A stretch of DNA of 64,000 nucleotides, taken from Octopus sinensis. Lineage: Eukaryota. This document shows, piece by piece, positions 1 through 13,151 of the stretch; position 1 is the first letter of the stretch; each line of letters opens with the position of its first letter. Location: assembly GCF_006345805.1 (NCBI RefSeq), contig NC_043011.1, positions 12,846,464 through 12,910,463 of the forward strand, written 5' to 3'. The notes beneath the pieces were generated by a model. It did not search any database and was not told the origin of the DNA. It saw nothing but the letters and a program-made list of their open reading frames with translations. The position numbers and the translations under genes are program-made.

Positions 1-894
1 TTAATTAAGTTTTAATTAAGGAATAGAGAAATCCACTCGTTTATCTTGATAAAGTGTTTTACTACTAAATCACCATTTTTGTATCAACATGTTTTAGAGC
101 AGTGAAGAATCAGAAGATTGAAGTTTTCGGTTCTCTTTTCCTCAAGTCTTGGCTACTTTTTCGCAGTTACAACGTTCTATTTCTTTGTTTATTTCGATGT
201 ACCTTAAAAAGATTTCCCCGTAGTCCATCATTCATATTATACAGGTATATTGTCGTAATTTAATCACCCAGTTTAGTTTCTTTTTATTCGAATAAATTGT
301 GTGAACAGCGCCCCATCGAGCAGGCCTAGGATCAAATTCGTTCTGTTAACACTGTTTTGATTTCATTCACAATATCTGCAAGACATCTTGTAATGTGTCT
401 TACTTTCTTTTAAGATGGTAGGGTGTGATTTGAGGGAGATTTAACTATTTCTTTCAATTCATTAGCCATATTGACTCAAGATAAAGGAAGGATTTATTTT
501 TCTGAGCAGTTAGCTGCATAAAGAGAAATAATGTAATTTGCTATAAAAACTATTCTTTTTTTTTAAGTAGGTGCAATTGCTTCTTGTCCGTGAAGTTTTT
601 ACTGTCCGTCTCGCAGAAAAAGCTGTAAACTATGTAGATTTTCATATCAGAACAACATGGAACAAAATGTGAACTGATGCAATTAATATGGTTTTGAAGA
701 TTATGGGTGAATGTGCAATTAGGTAGTCGTCACTGAACGTCGCTGATAGGTTCTTGAGAGGTGTGGCTTTAACTGAAACGACGTAAAGTGAAACCAATAG
801 TAGCATAGGTTCAATGATATCAACAAGGGTTACATTCTTTCAGCATATTCCACGTTACGAAAACATCAACAAACTTATGAGTAAAAGCTTAAAA

Positions 895-1050
895 CCCTGC
901 GCCTGCCCCTACACGTGGGCAGCAGCGCTACTTTATCTGAACGTAGAATAGTGGTGGATTGTGATGCCGCCTCTTCTTTGGTGGCAAACCTCACCTCCAC
1001 TGTGCCGTATTTTCTTCCTCTGCTCACAAACGTTGCTTTTTCATTAAGGC
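895..1050 (-). pseudogene. Relic of a Tx1/L1-type ORF1 (RRM-like segment)
   Basis: Minus-strand translation TFVSRGRKYGTVEVRFATKEEAASQSTTILRSDKVALLP aligns by eye with VYLRRGKKFGTVEVRFTNKEIAHKNSVETLKTNDVELIP of the LINE ORF1 at 18044-19009. Stops lie upstream. Confidence 0.65.
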
Positions 1051-1116
1051 TCACAGACCCGTTTGTATGTGACCCCGATCATGTTGTGTTGTCTCCTCTA
1101 TGTTGGCCCGCATGGG

Positions 1117-1704
1117 TAATAAAAAAACAGATCCCAAAACCTAATTAGTTCGTGCCAATCACGAGGCCAAATGTCTATGAAAGTTTGGATCTTTTTGGTT
1201 TGAACGGCAGTTTTTAATATAATTTCTAGATAGCTAAAAAAATTTAAACTTCGTATACTGGTAGAATGTGTTTATAAAACATCTTTTTCTCTTGGCTTTA
1301 TTGAGAAAATTCTATAGTTTGTAAGATATTTGTTGTTGTTTTTCTTCAATTTCTGCAATTTCAACCAATCAATGACGTCTATTGAGGTGAGAAAGCATTC
1401 TGTGCCGTATGAATATGTCCCTCGTTTAAGAAACAGATTGGGTTTATTTACATTTGTGAAGAAAAAAAGATACCCTTTCTCCTAACCCTAACCCTAAAAC
1501 AGATTGAAATGCAATAGATCGATACTAGGGTCATAATTATGGGTGACAATTTCATATGACACCGCTAGAAAAACTGCCGTTCAAACCGAAAAGATCCGAA
1601 AGTTTTATCCGAATCCATCCAACTGTTCTTGAGATATCTTGTCCACGGACAAATAAACACGACTGAAAACAATACCTCCGCTTTCGCTAAGACGGAGGTA
1701 ATAA
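1117..1704. mobile_element. Helentron/HINE-like non-autonomous element, interrupted by a MITE
   Basis: Subterminal hairpin tacctccg(1673-1680)...cggaggta(1693-1700) followed by ATAAT. The left boundary is uncertain. Confidence 0.4.
1187..1597 (+). mobile_element. MITE family A, full copy
   Basis: 29-bp TIR GGATCTTTT(C/T)GGTTTGAACGGCAGTTTTT at both ends; perfect 8-bp TSD gaaagttt (1179-1186 / 1598-1605); internal (CCCTAA)n. Confidence 0.92.
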
Positions 1705-2437
1705 TAACCAACTGGCCTTGAATCAGACAAGTTTCGAAGTAGCTGGTTGTCCGTCCGCTTTGTTTGTACTTCGTGCATTTGCTCCTTTGCTTTTATGTAT
1801 TTCTTTATCCCAATTTTTATTTAATAAAGCGCAGAAAAGCAAACTTTTCCTAGCAAATCGCACAGCACATCTAAGAAAGATCAAATAGTCTCTGATGTAG
1901 AAGTGCATCGATTTATATCTATTTAATGCAATTTCCTTCTTTGATTCTCATCGTTTATTTTATATGACGTACCTTATAAGATAGTAAGGTGAATAAAAAT
2001 TGTATCTTTGTTGACGATCGTAAAGTAAATATAAAAATTGAATTACTAGTTGCGTATTTATTTAATTTTACTGGATTGAAAATGCAATAAGTTACACAAG
2101 GAAGTAAAAGGAAACAAACATTCGTTTTGAAAAGTGTAGAATGAAAGTGGGTTTACATTATTTTTCACGTCATTTCGTCGTTATAAGGAAATAATGACGT
2201 TAAAAAAGATGGCATTAAATGAACAATGCCTGTATATCAAGAAAACATGGTATGGGTAGAGTTCCACGAGCCATAAATGAACACTGGATTAGGGAGTTCA
2301 GTTGAGGTAAGAGTAAGCATATTAAAAAAATTGCTTGTTAGAGAGGTGACGTTTTCAGGTGATAGTCGTCATAGGTGACATTACAGACACCAAGTATTCA
2401 ACTGAAAGCTGCATTAAATCAGTCGAGGAACCTTTTG

Positions 2438-2867
2438 GTATCTTTTCGGTTTGAACGGCAGTTTTTAACATAATTTCTAGGTAACTAAAAAATGTTAAAC
2501 TTCGTATACAGGTAGAATGTGTTTATAAAACATCTTTTTCTCTTGGCTTTATTGAGAAAATTCTGTAGTTTTTAAGATATTTGTTGTTTTTTTTCTTCAA
2601 TTTCTGCAATTTCAACCAATCACTGATGTCTATTGAGGTAAATAAAAACATTCTGTGCCGTATGAATATGTCCCTCGTTTAAGAAATAGATTGGGTTTAT
2701 TTACATTTGTGAAGAAAAAAAGATACCCTTCCCCCCACCCCTAACCCTAACTAACCCTAACCCTAAAACAGATTGAAATGCAATAGATCGATTCTAGGGT
2801 CATAATTATGGGTGACAATTTCATATGACACCGCTAGAAAAAACTGCCGTTCAAACCGAAAAGATCC
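2438..2867 (+). mobile_element. MITE family A, full copy
   Basis: Same TIRs; perfect 8-bp TSD accttttg (2430-2437 / 2868-2875). Confidence 0.92.
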
Positions 2868-3559
2868 ACCTTTTGCACATGTTTAGAAAGGGGCCCTAAA
2901 TTAAAATCCAAGGAACTTTATTGAATAATTTTTACAAAACCAATTGAATATTTCAAGTATGTAGATGGGAGCTATACAGGCCGGTTATTTGATTTATTTG
3001 ATATCTATTCCAGCAAAGAGTTGAATAGTATCATTAGGAATTCAACAGTATATTTCAAGGATCAAAGTACATAGATCAGGTGACATGCGAGTAGAGATAA
3101 AGAAATGAATACATGGTTCCACTATTTATTGTTTTACCTAAAATTATGTTTACCTGCAAGTTGACGTGTTTGAGACATTAAGATTAATTCAGGAAGACGG
3201 CGGTTTGGACGGTAAATTATATGGCGAATTTGAATAGGTGTATCAATTCTCTGAATATCGTGATTACGTTTTAAACCAAACGAAAAACACAATACTTAAA
3301 TGCTTCGATCATTGCTCGAATTCACTTATACGTATATCATTGCTACTTAAGGTTTGTAGGTATTTTGAACATACCTCACGGAGTGTCGACCGTGCTCTGC
3401 ATGGTTACTGGCTGCCCTTCGGCAAGGCCTAGCAGTCGTTCAGCCAAAGATATGGCAAAGTCATGGGACTGTTGAATATGAAGAGACAGCCGATGAGCTC
3501 AACTGAGCCAACGATGCTTCTTACAGTGATGTTGAGCAGATTGATCCTAGAAATTCAAT

Positions 3560-3735
3560 GGTTAGGATCACCAAGCTCTATCAAGAGATTAACTGCAACA
3601 CATCCATAAGGGCGGGGTCTATGGTTGTGTAATCAGTTAATGAAAGATCCATTATGACTCAAGCACTTAATTCAAACATTAAAAGAGTATAGCGATAGAG
3701 AATCACGGGAATCCGTGTAAGCAGCACGACCGGAT
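3560..3735 (+). mobile_element. Decayed 3' end of an RTE-clade LINE
   Basis: Ends gatagagaatcacgggaatccgtgtaagcagcacgaccggat, resembling the DR..W...IR.SSTT end of RTE ORFs. Heavily mutated. Confidence 0.35.
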
Positions 3736-3749
3736 AGTTACTTAAGCTT

Positions 3750-4136
3750 GTGGAAGCACTCCGTCGGTTACGACGATGAGGGTTCCGGTTGATCCGAATC
3801 AACGGAACAGCCTGCTCGTGAAATTAACGTGTAAGTGGCTGAGCACTCCACAGACACGTGTACCCTTAACGTAGTTCTCGGGGATATTCAGCGTGACACA
3901 GAGAGTGACAAGGCCGGCCATTTGAAATACAGGTACAAGAGAAACAGGAAGTAAGAGTGAGAGAAAGTTGTGGTGAAAGAGTACAGCAGGGATCACCACC
4001 ATCCCCTGCCGGAGCCTCGTGGAACTTTTAGGTGTTTTCGCTCAATAAACACTCACAACGCCCGGTCTGGGAATCGAAGCCGCGATCCTATGACCGCGAG
4101 TCCGCTGCCCTAACCAGTGGGCCATTGCGCCTCCAC
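3750..4136 (-). mobile_element. tRNA-derived SINE family B, full copy
   Basis: tRNA-like head with A/B boxes (TGGCCCACTGG, GCTTCGATTCC on minus); 11-bp TSD tacttaagctt (3739-3749 / 4137-4147); three more near-identical copies in the window. Confidence 0.9.
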
Positions 4137-4965
4137 TACTTAAGCTTGTAAGATGCACAAGTTAAATATTTTCTCCTGGTATACACCTTTAATCGAACGT
4201 AAATTAGTTTTGTGGCCTAACGTTGAAAATGTGACTGTTAATCGAAACTCGTGCTACAGTTTCGATTAAGAGCAGAAAGTTTCAGTAGAAACTGCGTAAA
4301 TATGATGTGGTTGTCAGCCGTAAAGAAATCCCGATTTAATGAGGTTGGTTAACATTACCGAGTCTATACAATATTAATGATAATCTAATTGATTCAACCA
4401 GTCCTGTTTATGAGGCAAATAGTAATTACTTTCAGTTATTGTGTGTTGAATTTCATGTGTTGAGATAGAGGAATAGGATAGCAAATCCATTTGTTAGCAT
4501 CCAACTAAAATGAAGTAAGTCTGTCTATTTACCGTTGCCATTCATTTAAGTTAAAATGTATTGGACCTGCCTTAGATAAATAGTCGGTCGAAAAGTTGAA
4601 AGCAGTCCGGTATTACAATATTAAATCATTTAAAGTAGGTTCACTGGAAATGTAGAGCCCGTAGCATATGCTACACTTGCTACCAGATTAATCCGTCGTT
4701 GGTTCGAATATACCATATTTTCGGGCATATAAGAAGGCACCCCAATTTTGACAGGCCTAATCTGCGGGGGAAAAACTGCAGTTGACCCAAGATCCCCTAG
4801 CTGAATGTCTCACATATTTTCATGTATGGAAACCATTAACATTTAGACTGACGCCTTTTGGCAAGTTATTATGGAAGGATAAGTTACAATACTTGCTTTA
4901 ACACTCCCAAATATTACAACTGACCTTCACCATCACCAGTATTGTCCAAAGTTAATACCATTAAC

Positions 4966-5412
4966 GGATCTTTTCGGTTTGAACGGCAGTTTTTTCTAGC
5001 GGTGTCCTATGAAATTGTCACCCACAATTATGACCCTAGTATCGATCTATTGCATTTCAATCTGTTTCAGGGTTAGGGTTAGTTATGGTTAGTTAGGGTT
5101 AGGGTTAGGGGTGGGGGAAGGGTATCTTTTTTTTCTTCACAAATGTAAATAAACCCAATCTGTTTTTTAAACGAGGGACATATTCAATACGGCACAGAAT
5201 GTTTTTTACCTCAATAGACGTTATTGATTGGTTGAAATTGCAGAAATTGAAGGAAAAAAACAACAACAAATATCTTACAAACTATAGAATTTTCTCAATA
5301 AAGCCAAGAGAAAAAGATGTTTTATAAACACATTCTACCAGTATACGAAGTTTAAAATTTTTTAGTTACCTAGAAATTATGTTAAAAACTGCCGTTCAAA
5401 CCGAAAAGATCC
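4966..5412 (-). mobile_element. MITE family A, full copy
   Basis: TIRs; perfect 8-bp TSD ccattaac (4958-4965 / 5413-5420); internal (TTAGGG)n. Confidence 0.92.
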
Positions 5413-5805
5413 CCATTAACTACTACCAAGCAGCAACACTAAAACTATCAAGAATCACCATTAACATAATCAATCTGCACTGCTGGCATTACTAACTACC
5501 ACCCCTAATATTCAAGCAATTCACACCATCATCATCGTCATCACTTGTAAACAAACATGGTGGCGGCAATTGTAGCGTCAACAGAACTTCGGTAACGAAA
5601 AAGTACGGTTGAATATTTACCGTAGTTTAAACCGTCTTAGTGATCAAAATATGTTTACTTAAATATCTATATTTTTTATGCTATTTTCCCACAAATTTGT
5701 GAGAATTGCGATACGTAATGTATTATGTATTGCTAGTAAATACAAGTAACAGGGAATAATGAGGATCATATTTATAGTACGATTAAATATTTCATTTCAT
5801 TTTTA

Positions 5806-6216
5806 AGATCTTTTCGGTTTGAACGGCAGTTTTTTAAAATAATTTCCACGTAACTAAACACTTTTAAACATCGTATACTGGTGGAATGTGTTTATAAAAC
5901 ATATTTTTCTCTTGGCTTTATTGAGAAAATTCTATAGTTTGTAAGATATTTGTTGTTGTTTTTCTTCAGTTTCTGCAATTTCAACCAATCAATGACGTCT
6001 ATTGATGTGAAAACATTCTGTGCCATATGTCCCTCGTTTAAGAAACAGATTGGGTTTATTTACATTTCTGGAGAGAAAAAAGATACCCTTCCCCCACCCC
6101 TAACCCTAACCCTAAAACAGATTGAAATGCAATAGATCGATACTAGGGTCATAATTATGGGTAACAATTTCATATGACACCGCTAGAAAAAACTGCCGTT
6201 CAAACCGAAAAGATCC
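5806..6216 (+). mobile_element. MITE family A, full copy
   Basis: TIRs; TSD cattttta / aattttta (7/8). Confidence 0.88.
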
Positions 6217-6399
6217 AATTTTTATTTATAAAAACTTATAAAACACGAGAAATTATGAAACGGTATTATTTTTCTATGATAAAAGTGAGAATACTGAAAT
6301 ATTTTTTATTAATTTTCAAAGCCCCACCACCAAGCCATTACTTACCATCATCATAACGCTCATCAAATTCAATGTTGTTGTTATCTCTATCCGTGCCCT

Positions 6400-7945
6400 C
6401 CTCCTCGAGTCATCAATGCTATCTGTGTCAGAGGTGTCAGATTCCTCGTATTAAAGACCATCTTCTGCGCCATCGAAGCAATTGCTAATGCCACATTTCT
6501 TAAAAGATCGTAAAACTGTTTCCGTTTTAACTGCATCTCAAATACTTTTTCCCCGCTGGCAAACCTGAACTATCGTTGGCTTCTTCACCCGACTTGTTAG
6601 TGTTAGCTTATGTGGGAGCATCATCCATTTGGGATCTTTTCGGTTTGAACGGCAGAAATTGTCACCCATAATTATGATCCTAGTATCGATCTATTGCATT
6701 TCAATCTATTTTAGGGTTAGGGGTGGGGGGAAGGGTATCTTTTTTCTTCACAAATGTAAATAAACCCAATCTGTTTCTTAAACAAGGGACATATTCATAC
6801 AGCACAGAATGATTTTTTTTACCTCATTAGACGTCACTGATTGGTTGAAATTTCAGAAATTGAAGAAAAAAAACAACAAATATCTTAAAAAACTATAGAA
6901 TTTTCTCAATAAAGCCAAGAGAAAAAGATGTTTTAAAAACACATTCCACCAGTATACGAAATTTAAAAGTGTTTAGTTACGTGGAAATTATTTTTAAAAA
7001 CTGCTGTTCAAACCGAAAAGATCCGCCATTTGTTCCATTTCTCGTGCATCTAGTCCTTAAAAGGTTCGTTTATTGATACATACAGAGGTTGTAGTCGACC
7101 TGTTAATCTCCAGGTATTGCAGTCAGTTTAGTGTTTAATCTATTTGTTCTACTCTTGGTGCCCTTTGTCATATGATCCCGGAACTGATCTAACACAAGAA
7201 GCGATAGATTTTTGAGAAGCCCATCGGGACGCGGTGACCACACTTTTTCTAACCAGAGTTTTATTGTATCTTCACTTCTCCATTCCTGGAGTGAACGTGG
7301 ATGATAATTCCTGGTAGAATATTTTCTTTTGGCATTATTTTCTGTTTGAACATAAGTAAAGGTGATAATTGGTTTCATCAGCACAACAAACCAATACATA
7401 TGTAAAATTTAATTTCTCATGACCGAAGGTTTTGCTAGTCACAGTTTTGGTACCTTTTACGTCAACACACTTATTGGTCGGTATATCAAACCTCATGGGA
7501 ACCTCATTTATGTTTGCAATCTGTTCCACTTCAAAATTTTGTTTCTCTGGCATTTAAAACAAATAGATGAAAGTCAATAGTTTTGATTTCATACTCTGCT
7601 GGTATTTTTTGCGCTATTTTTGTTTTTATTCGCATGGCTAATCCGTTTCGTTTCATGAATCTACAGCACCAACCCGCAGTACCAGAAAAATCCTCTTGCA
7701 GCTGCTCTTTGGCTTCGCAAAGATTTGTTTAACTGACACTGCAAAACCAGGGTCTTTATCTCATCTTCAAGTTCCACACATTTAGGTTTCGGTTTGCGAA
7801 GGTTGTGTTTAGATCTTCCTGTCCGCTGAAGTTCCCCCCCCCCGTGTTTACGCCAGTCACGAGCCATTTTCTCTGTAGGTGAAGGCACAAAATGCACTGC
7901 AGAAGCTCGGTTGCCATGCTCCTTTGCAAATGCTTCTACCTGCAT
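6400..7945 (-). pseudogene. Decayed pogo/Tigger-type (DDE_1, POGK-like) transposase
   Basis: Fragments QVEAFAKEHGNRAS (HTH), NEVPMRFDIPTNKCVDVKGTKTV..GHEK, KLWLEKVWSPRPDGLL..LLVLDQFRDH, IPG(G)LTGRLQPL..SIN.PFK and FKKCGISNCFDGAED, separated by frameshifts and stops and split by the MITE at 6632-7024. Confidence 0.85.
6632..7024 (-). mobile_element. MITE family A copy inserted into the pogo transposase
   Basis: TIRs with a small internal deletion after the left TIR; TSD tccatttg / gccatttg (7/8). Confidence 0.88.
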
Positions 7946-8211
7946 CATCATCATCATCATCATCATTGTTCGATCGTGGTCGAGACAATGGAATTTACTA
8001 TGTTACGCCAGACTTCACGGTCCATCATAGCATTACGGAGGTCCTCTTGCTGGATGCCTGTATCCCTGGAGATTACATCAGGGTAGGAGAGTGTGCACCC
8101 TCTGGTATCGCGAGCAGATGGCTTCCAGAGGAGAAGAGTAGAAATGCAGTTTATAACTGTGTAGGCATGTATCCTTTTTGACTTCATTATGAGGTTTTGA
8201 TAAATTTTCAA
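7946..8211 (-). mobile_element. 5'-truncated RTE-clade LINE 3' end with (GAT)n tail
   Basis: LLLWKPS...TLSYPDVISRDTG..EDLRNAMMDREVWRNIV is an RTE-like ORF C-terminus, followed by a (TGA)n tail. Confidence 0.75.
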
Positions 8212-8440
8212 TTATCTGCGCATGCACGGCCATTCACCGACAATCCGAGAATAAAGTCATAACTATCAGAACAACGTCGCTATTGGTAAACAGCTACTTA
8301 AACTTTAGTTCTTTTGACCATTCTTCACAATTATATCTATTACTAGCAGAAATACCCGTCGTTGACTGGGTTCAGAAAGAGTCTTCAAAGATTACACCCT
8401 GATTTATGAAAGTTACTGCTTCGATATTATTGAATGTTTT

Positions 8441-8830
8441 GTGGATGGAAGCACTCCGTCGGTTACGACGACGAGGGTTCCGGTTGATCCGATCAACGAA
8501 ACAGCCTGCTCGTGAAATTAACGTGTAAGTGGGTGAGCACTCCACAGACACGTGTACCCTTAACGTAGTTCTCGGGGATATTCAGTGTGACACAGAGAGT
8601 GACAAGGCCGGCCATTTGAAATACAGGTACAAGAGAAACAGGAAGTAAGAGTGAGAGAAAGTTGTGGTGAAAGAGTACAGCAGGGATCACCACCATCCCC
8701 TGCCGGAGCCTCGTGGAACTTTTAGGTGTTTTCGCTCAATAAACACTCACAACGCCCGGTCTGGGAATCGAAACCGCGATCCTATGACCGCGAGTCCGCT
8801 GCCCTAACCACTGGGCCATTGCGTCTCCAC
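8441..8830 (-). mobile_element. SINE family B, full copy
   Basis: Near-identical to 3750-4136; TSD tgaatgttttgt (8431-8442 / 8832-8843). Confidence 0.9.
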
Positions 8831-9389
8831 ATGAATGTTTTGTAGCAGAATATCCACAAGCTCTTATTGCCAGGTTTCAGTCCAAAAAGTTATAATATTT
8901 TACTAATGGGTCTGCTGATAGTCAGTCTCTTCAGCTCTCTCTCTTTTCCTTTGCTGAGATTACTTAGGAAGTTCAAATCTTTTTTTTTATTTTCGGAGGC
9001 GTTGTAGTAGGGTGAATCTCTTATTATAAAAGGCAGATTTTATCTGCCTCCCTTTGTCAGTTATAGAAATCTACAATATAGGATTTCTTCAATTACAATT
9101 TTCCTAGCATTTTTAAGAGTAGAATGCATCGGGTCGTGCCAGGTCCAGTTTTTAAAATTTCAACCCCAATTAAGCAAAATTTAGAGAAAACTCACATTGT
9201 GGTGTATAAGTCAAATGCTTTTCTTAGTGTGGGCTACAGCACTCGCACACACACACACACACTCACGCTATCACTCTCATTTCTACGACTTTCTCTTTGC
9301 AAGTTTGCAACGATTAAAGTGAAAACAGTGAATCCCAGAGCTCCGACAGCGATAAAGAAAATGAATTGGCACCCGAATGGAGTGAAAAT

Positions 9390-9650
9390 TTAAAAACTGT
9401 TTCTTTCGGTGATTTTTCTGAAGAAACTGGACCAAGCCACAGACTTTCCCAGAAGAGTAAAGCCTTAAACTATTTCTTTTTACTTTTTCGAATGAGCCCA
9501 TTTGAAATCATTACGGCGGAAACGAACTGTTACGCTAAACGTAAACAAAGCGAAAGAAAGGATAGTTTGTTATTTCCCACAACCTTAAATGAAATTAAGG
9601 CCTATTTTGCCATAAATATTATTATGGGTATCAGAAAGTTACCCAGAATA
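9390..9650 (+). pseudogene. piggyBac-like transposase fragment
   Basis: FSEETGPS...LNYFFLLF..FEIITAETNCYAK...TTLNEIKAYFAINIIMGIRKLP matches the piggyBac (DDE_Tnp_1_7) N-terminal pattern; the catalytic region is absent. Confidence 0.7.
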
Positions 9651-10096
9651 ACAAATTCTATCGTAAAATTTTGTTGTATACCCAATTGAATATTAGCTAA
9701 TAACCCATTTTCTATAGCGATGTTTGAACAAAATTTTAATAATTTTATATATTGTTGAATTTACCTGTATCTACCTGCAATTAGAGTCACTTTGTGACAA
9801 AAATTATAGTATAGAATTGGTTGAGAACATTTCATTAAATTATCTTCCAAAATTCATGTTAATATATTGATAAATAAAAAAGTTATTGTTGTTTAATGAA
9901 ACCAGGCTAAATTTATGATTACGTTAGAAATTAATTGAAACACATAAGGGGTGTATTTTGGTCAGAAATATAGTAACGAAAGGGTTAAGAAAAACCAAAA
10001 AATATTTTATTCTTTATAAATGTTGTGTTCAAAATAACATTTTCTTTTAAGAATGTGTATATAACAAAGTATGTGTATATAACTACGTGGCTTATA

Positions 10097-10494
10097 TCTT
10101 TATATATAAAAGTGAAGTTGTGTGTCTGTCCCCTTCGATTTAGATTCCTAACTACTCCCACATTTTGCGGTGCAGTGTAACCAAAACCGGGTATCTTATA
10201 GTCGTGATTCATATCGAGCCCTTCTGGGTATTAGCGCGCGTCTACGATGAGTCTACGATTTAAAAAAAAATTACCATCATATTTTTCCATTTTAATGCAT
10301 TTTTTCGCTATTATATAAGGGAAGTAACTCTCTAAAAATATCTACGATGTGTCAACGATTTAAAAAGAAAATTTACCTTAATTTTTTTCCCATTTTTAAT
10401 GCATTTTTTTGCTATTTTTTGGCTATAACTCTCTAAAAATGCTTATATAGTTATTTCCCTTACAAACCCGAGCAACGCCGGGCGATACTGCTAG
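10097..10494 (+). mobile_element. Non-autonomous Helitron
   Basis: A|TC 5' start, cccgagcaacgccggg hairpin, then CTAG|T 3' end; no TSD. Confidence 0.75.
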
Positions 10495-10518
10495 TTAATC
10501 TATAAGACAGGGGACTTA

Positions 10519-10707
10519 ACTAGCAATCTTACGGATTTCACTGACGTGAAAATTGGTAAAAGTTATGGTTGAAAAGCTATTTTTACCGCTATCCGGGGGT
10601 GCCGCGGGGAAAATGAGTTGACAAAAGCACAGCGATGGCCGTGACCAATGTCCTCCTAAAATTGGAGCGACATGCGTGCTAATTTGTGGAAGTGCATAAA
10701 GTACATT

Positions 10708-10752
<45 letters not shown>

Positions 10753-10773
10753 CCTGTCTTTTATAGATATAGA
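10519..10773 (-). mobile_element. Second non-autonomous Helitron-like element with (CA)n
   Basis: Minus strand starts A|TCTATATCTATAAAA; hairpin tttcac-tgac-gtgaaa (10535-10550); ends CTAG|T. Confidence 0.55.
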
Positions 10774-11384
10774 TTATTTTTAAGTTTATGAAGTAGTAAT
10801 TTAAATCAAGAAATTACTCCTGGTATGTACTGTGTTAATTAAAAAGTAATCTTAATGATCAGATAGCATTAGTACATTGTGCCAAAACTTAAAGAGATTT
10901 TTTTTTTTGCAATGTTTCGGCAATGCTGATTGCTGTCCTCGCTTGTAAACAAACAATAGCACACAGCTGCTGAGGATACACATTTGCTTATAATGCGTAT
11001 AATGTGTATAATGTGTAATGAACAAATAAATTTGTAATTTATTACTATACTCGTGTATAGCTATATTTTTAATTTATAACATTCATTTGAAAATCGTTCT
11101 GAAAATAGATACTGGTAGGCCTACCGCAGCAATAAAACTAACATTCTCATTTTCCCAAGTCAACCCAAAGCCTGGCCTTCAGTATATAAGACGAAGGGTG
11201 ACTGGGGGGATGGTAAATATTTTGGAAAAAATAGTGCGCCTTGTATGCCGGAAACTATCATAGTTTGAGACTAAGATCTTATAAGTACTAAATCAAAATG
11301 ATAAACCTATGAAGTAAAACACTACCCCTTAGACTAATTGAGAAGCGTTAACTACTCAATCATTGCGCTCTTCTGAGAAAATAT

Positions 11385-11587
11385 TCGTTTCAAATTTTGG
11401 CACAAAGCCAGCAATTCCAGAAGAAGACGAGTATAACGACCCCAGTGCTCAACTGATACTTATTTTATCGACCCCGAAAGAATGAAAGGCAAAATGGACT
11501 TCGGCGGATTTGAACTCAGAACGTAAAGACAGACGAAATGCTGCGAGGCTTTTTGTCCGGCGTGCTAACGATTCTGCCAGCTCGCCG
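11385..11587 (-). mobile_element. SINE family D variant with an alternative 3' tail
   Basis: Shares head and core (ggcgagctggcagaa...tcggggtcgataaa) with 12732-12961 but ends ...gctttgtgccaaaatttgaaa. Confidence 0.7.
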
Positions 11588-11691
11588 TTTTTTTCTGAGT
11601 GAATACTGAAATATTTTTGCATACAAGATAAAAACGTAGGAAACATTACACAAAATTAAATACATGTTATCTATTTAGTATTAATTCTTTT

Positions 11692-12108
11692 GGATCTTTT
11701 CGGTTTGAAAGGCAGTTTTTTCTAGCGGTATCATATGAAATTGTCACCCATAATTATGACCCTAGTATCGATCTATTGCATCTCAATCTGTTTTAGGGTT
11801 AGGGTTAGGGGTGGGGGGAAGGGTATCTTTTTTTCTTCACAAATGTAAATAAACCCAATCTGTTTCTTAAACGAGGGACATATTCATACGGCACAGAATG
11901 ATTTTTACCCCAATATATGTCATTGATTGGTTGAAATTGCGGAAATTGAAGAAAAGAACAACAAATATCTTACAAACTATAGAATTTTCTCAATAAAGCC
12001 AAGAGAAAAAGATGTTTTATAAACACATTCTACCAGTATACGAAGTTTAAAAGTGTTTAGTTACGTGGAAATTATTTTAAAAAACTGCCGTTCAAACCGA
12101 AAAGATCC
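11692..12108 (-). mobile_element. MITE family A, full copy
   Basis: TIRs; degenerate TSD attctttt / catctttt. Confidence 0.85.
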
Positions 12109-12731
12109 CATCTTTTACTTAAATAATTCAGTTGTTAATAATATAAATATATCTAAGTGTATACGTTTTAGGATAAAAGTGTACATTTTAGAAGTGTCAT
12201 GAATGCCCCATATGTGAATGATCTTCTACAACGAGTGTAAGGATAGAAAAGACTTATAAGAAGTAAGGTTAGCAGAAGCTAAAATCCCTGTTGCTATAAA
12301 TATTTGAATCGAAAACACAAACTAAATTGGAAGAACACAGCAATTTTTCGCTTGTCTTTTACTTTCACGATACCATGAGTGGTTTAGCAACAATATCGAT
12401 ATAAAGCACGCAAGTAATAGTCATCGATTTTTCTGTGCATAGTCAGTCTTTCAATCGTCAGCTAAGGACATGACAGTCGCCATGGTTATCTGACGTCATT
12501 CAATATATCGTGTAAATCTAGTCAGCAGGTAAACATTATCCAGCCTATTTGACGATCAGACACCTAATAGCGTATATGAAGCTAATCAAAGAAATACGCA
12601 AACATATCCTTTACACATCGATACACTCTAAATTGGTGAGAAATACATAGGATTGAATGTGAAAAATGTTAGCTTTTAACACTATCATGATCATTGAGCT
12701 ATTGATGTAGTGTTAGATTCGCCGGAATATA

Positions 12732-12961
12732 TATTTCTTTATTGCCCACAAGGGGCTAAACATAGAGGGGACAAACAAGGACAGACAAAGGTATTAAGTC
12801 GATTACATAGACCCCAGTGCGAAACTGGTACTTTATTTATCGACCCCGAAAGGATGAACGGCAAAGTCGACCTCGGCTGAATTTGAACTCAGAACGTAAC
12901 GGCAGACGAAATACCGCTAAGCATTTCGGCCGGCGCGCTGGCGTGTCTGCCACTCGCCGCC
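12732..12961 (-). mobile_element. SINE family D, full copy
   Basis: tRNA-like head with B box GAGTTCAAATTC; 15-bp TSD attcgccggaatata / attcgctggaatata (12717-12731 / 12964-12978). Confidence 0.85.
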
Positions 12962-12997
12962 TTATTCGCTGGAATATAATAGGTACTCCTGCCTACA

Positions 12998-13140
<143 letters not shown>

Positions 13141-13151
13141 CACAGACATAT

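Noticed and set aside
1480-1500. Telomere or fusion site suggested by (CCCTAA)n
   Set aside because: Only 2-4 units, always at the same position inside MITE A.
1720-1745. GAAAC-UU-GUC half-hammerhead on minus
   Set aside because: No CUGANGA core or stem I partner was found upstream.
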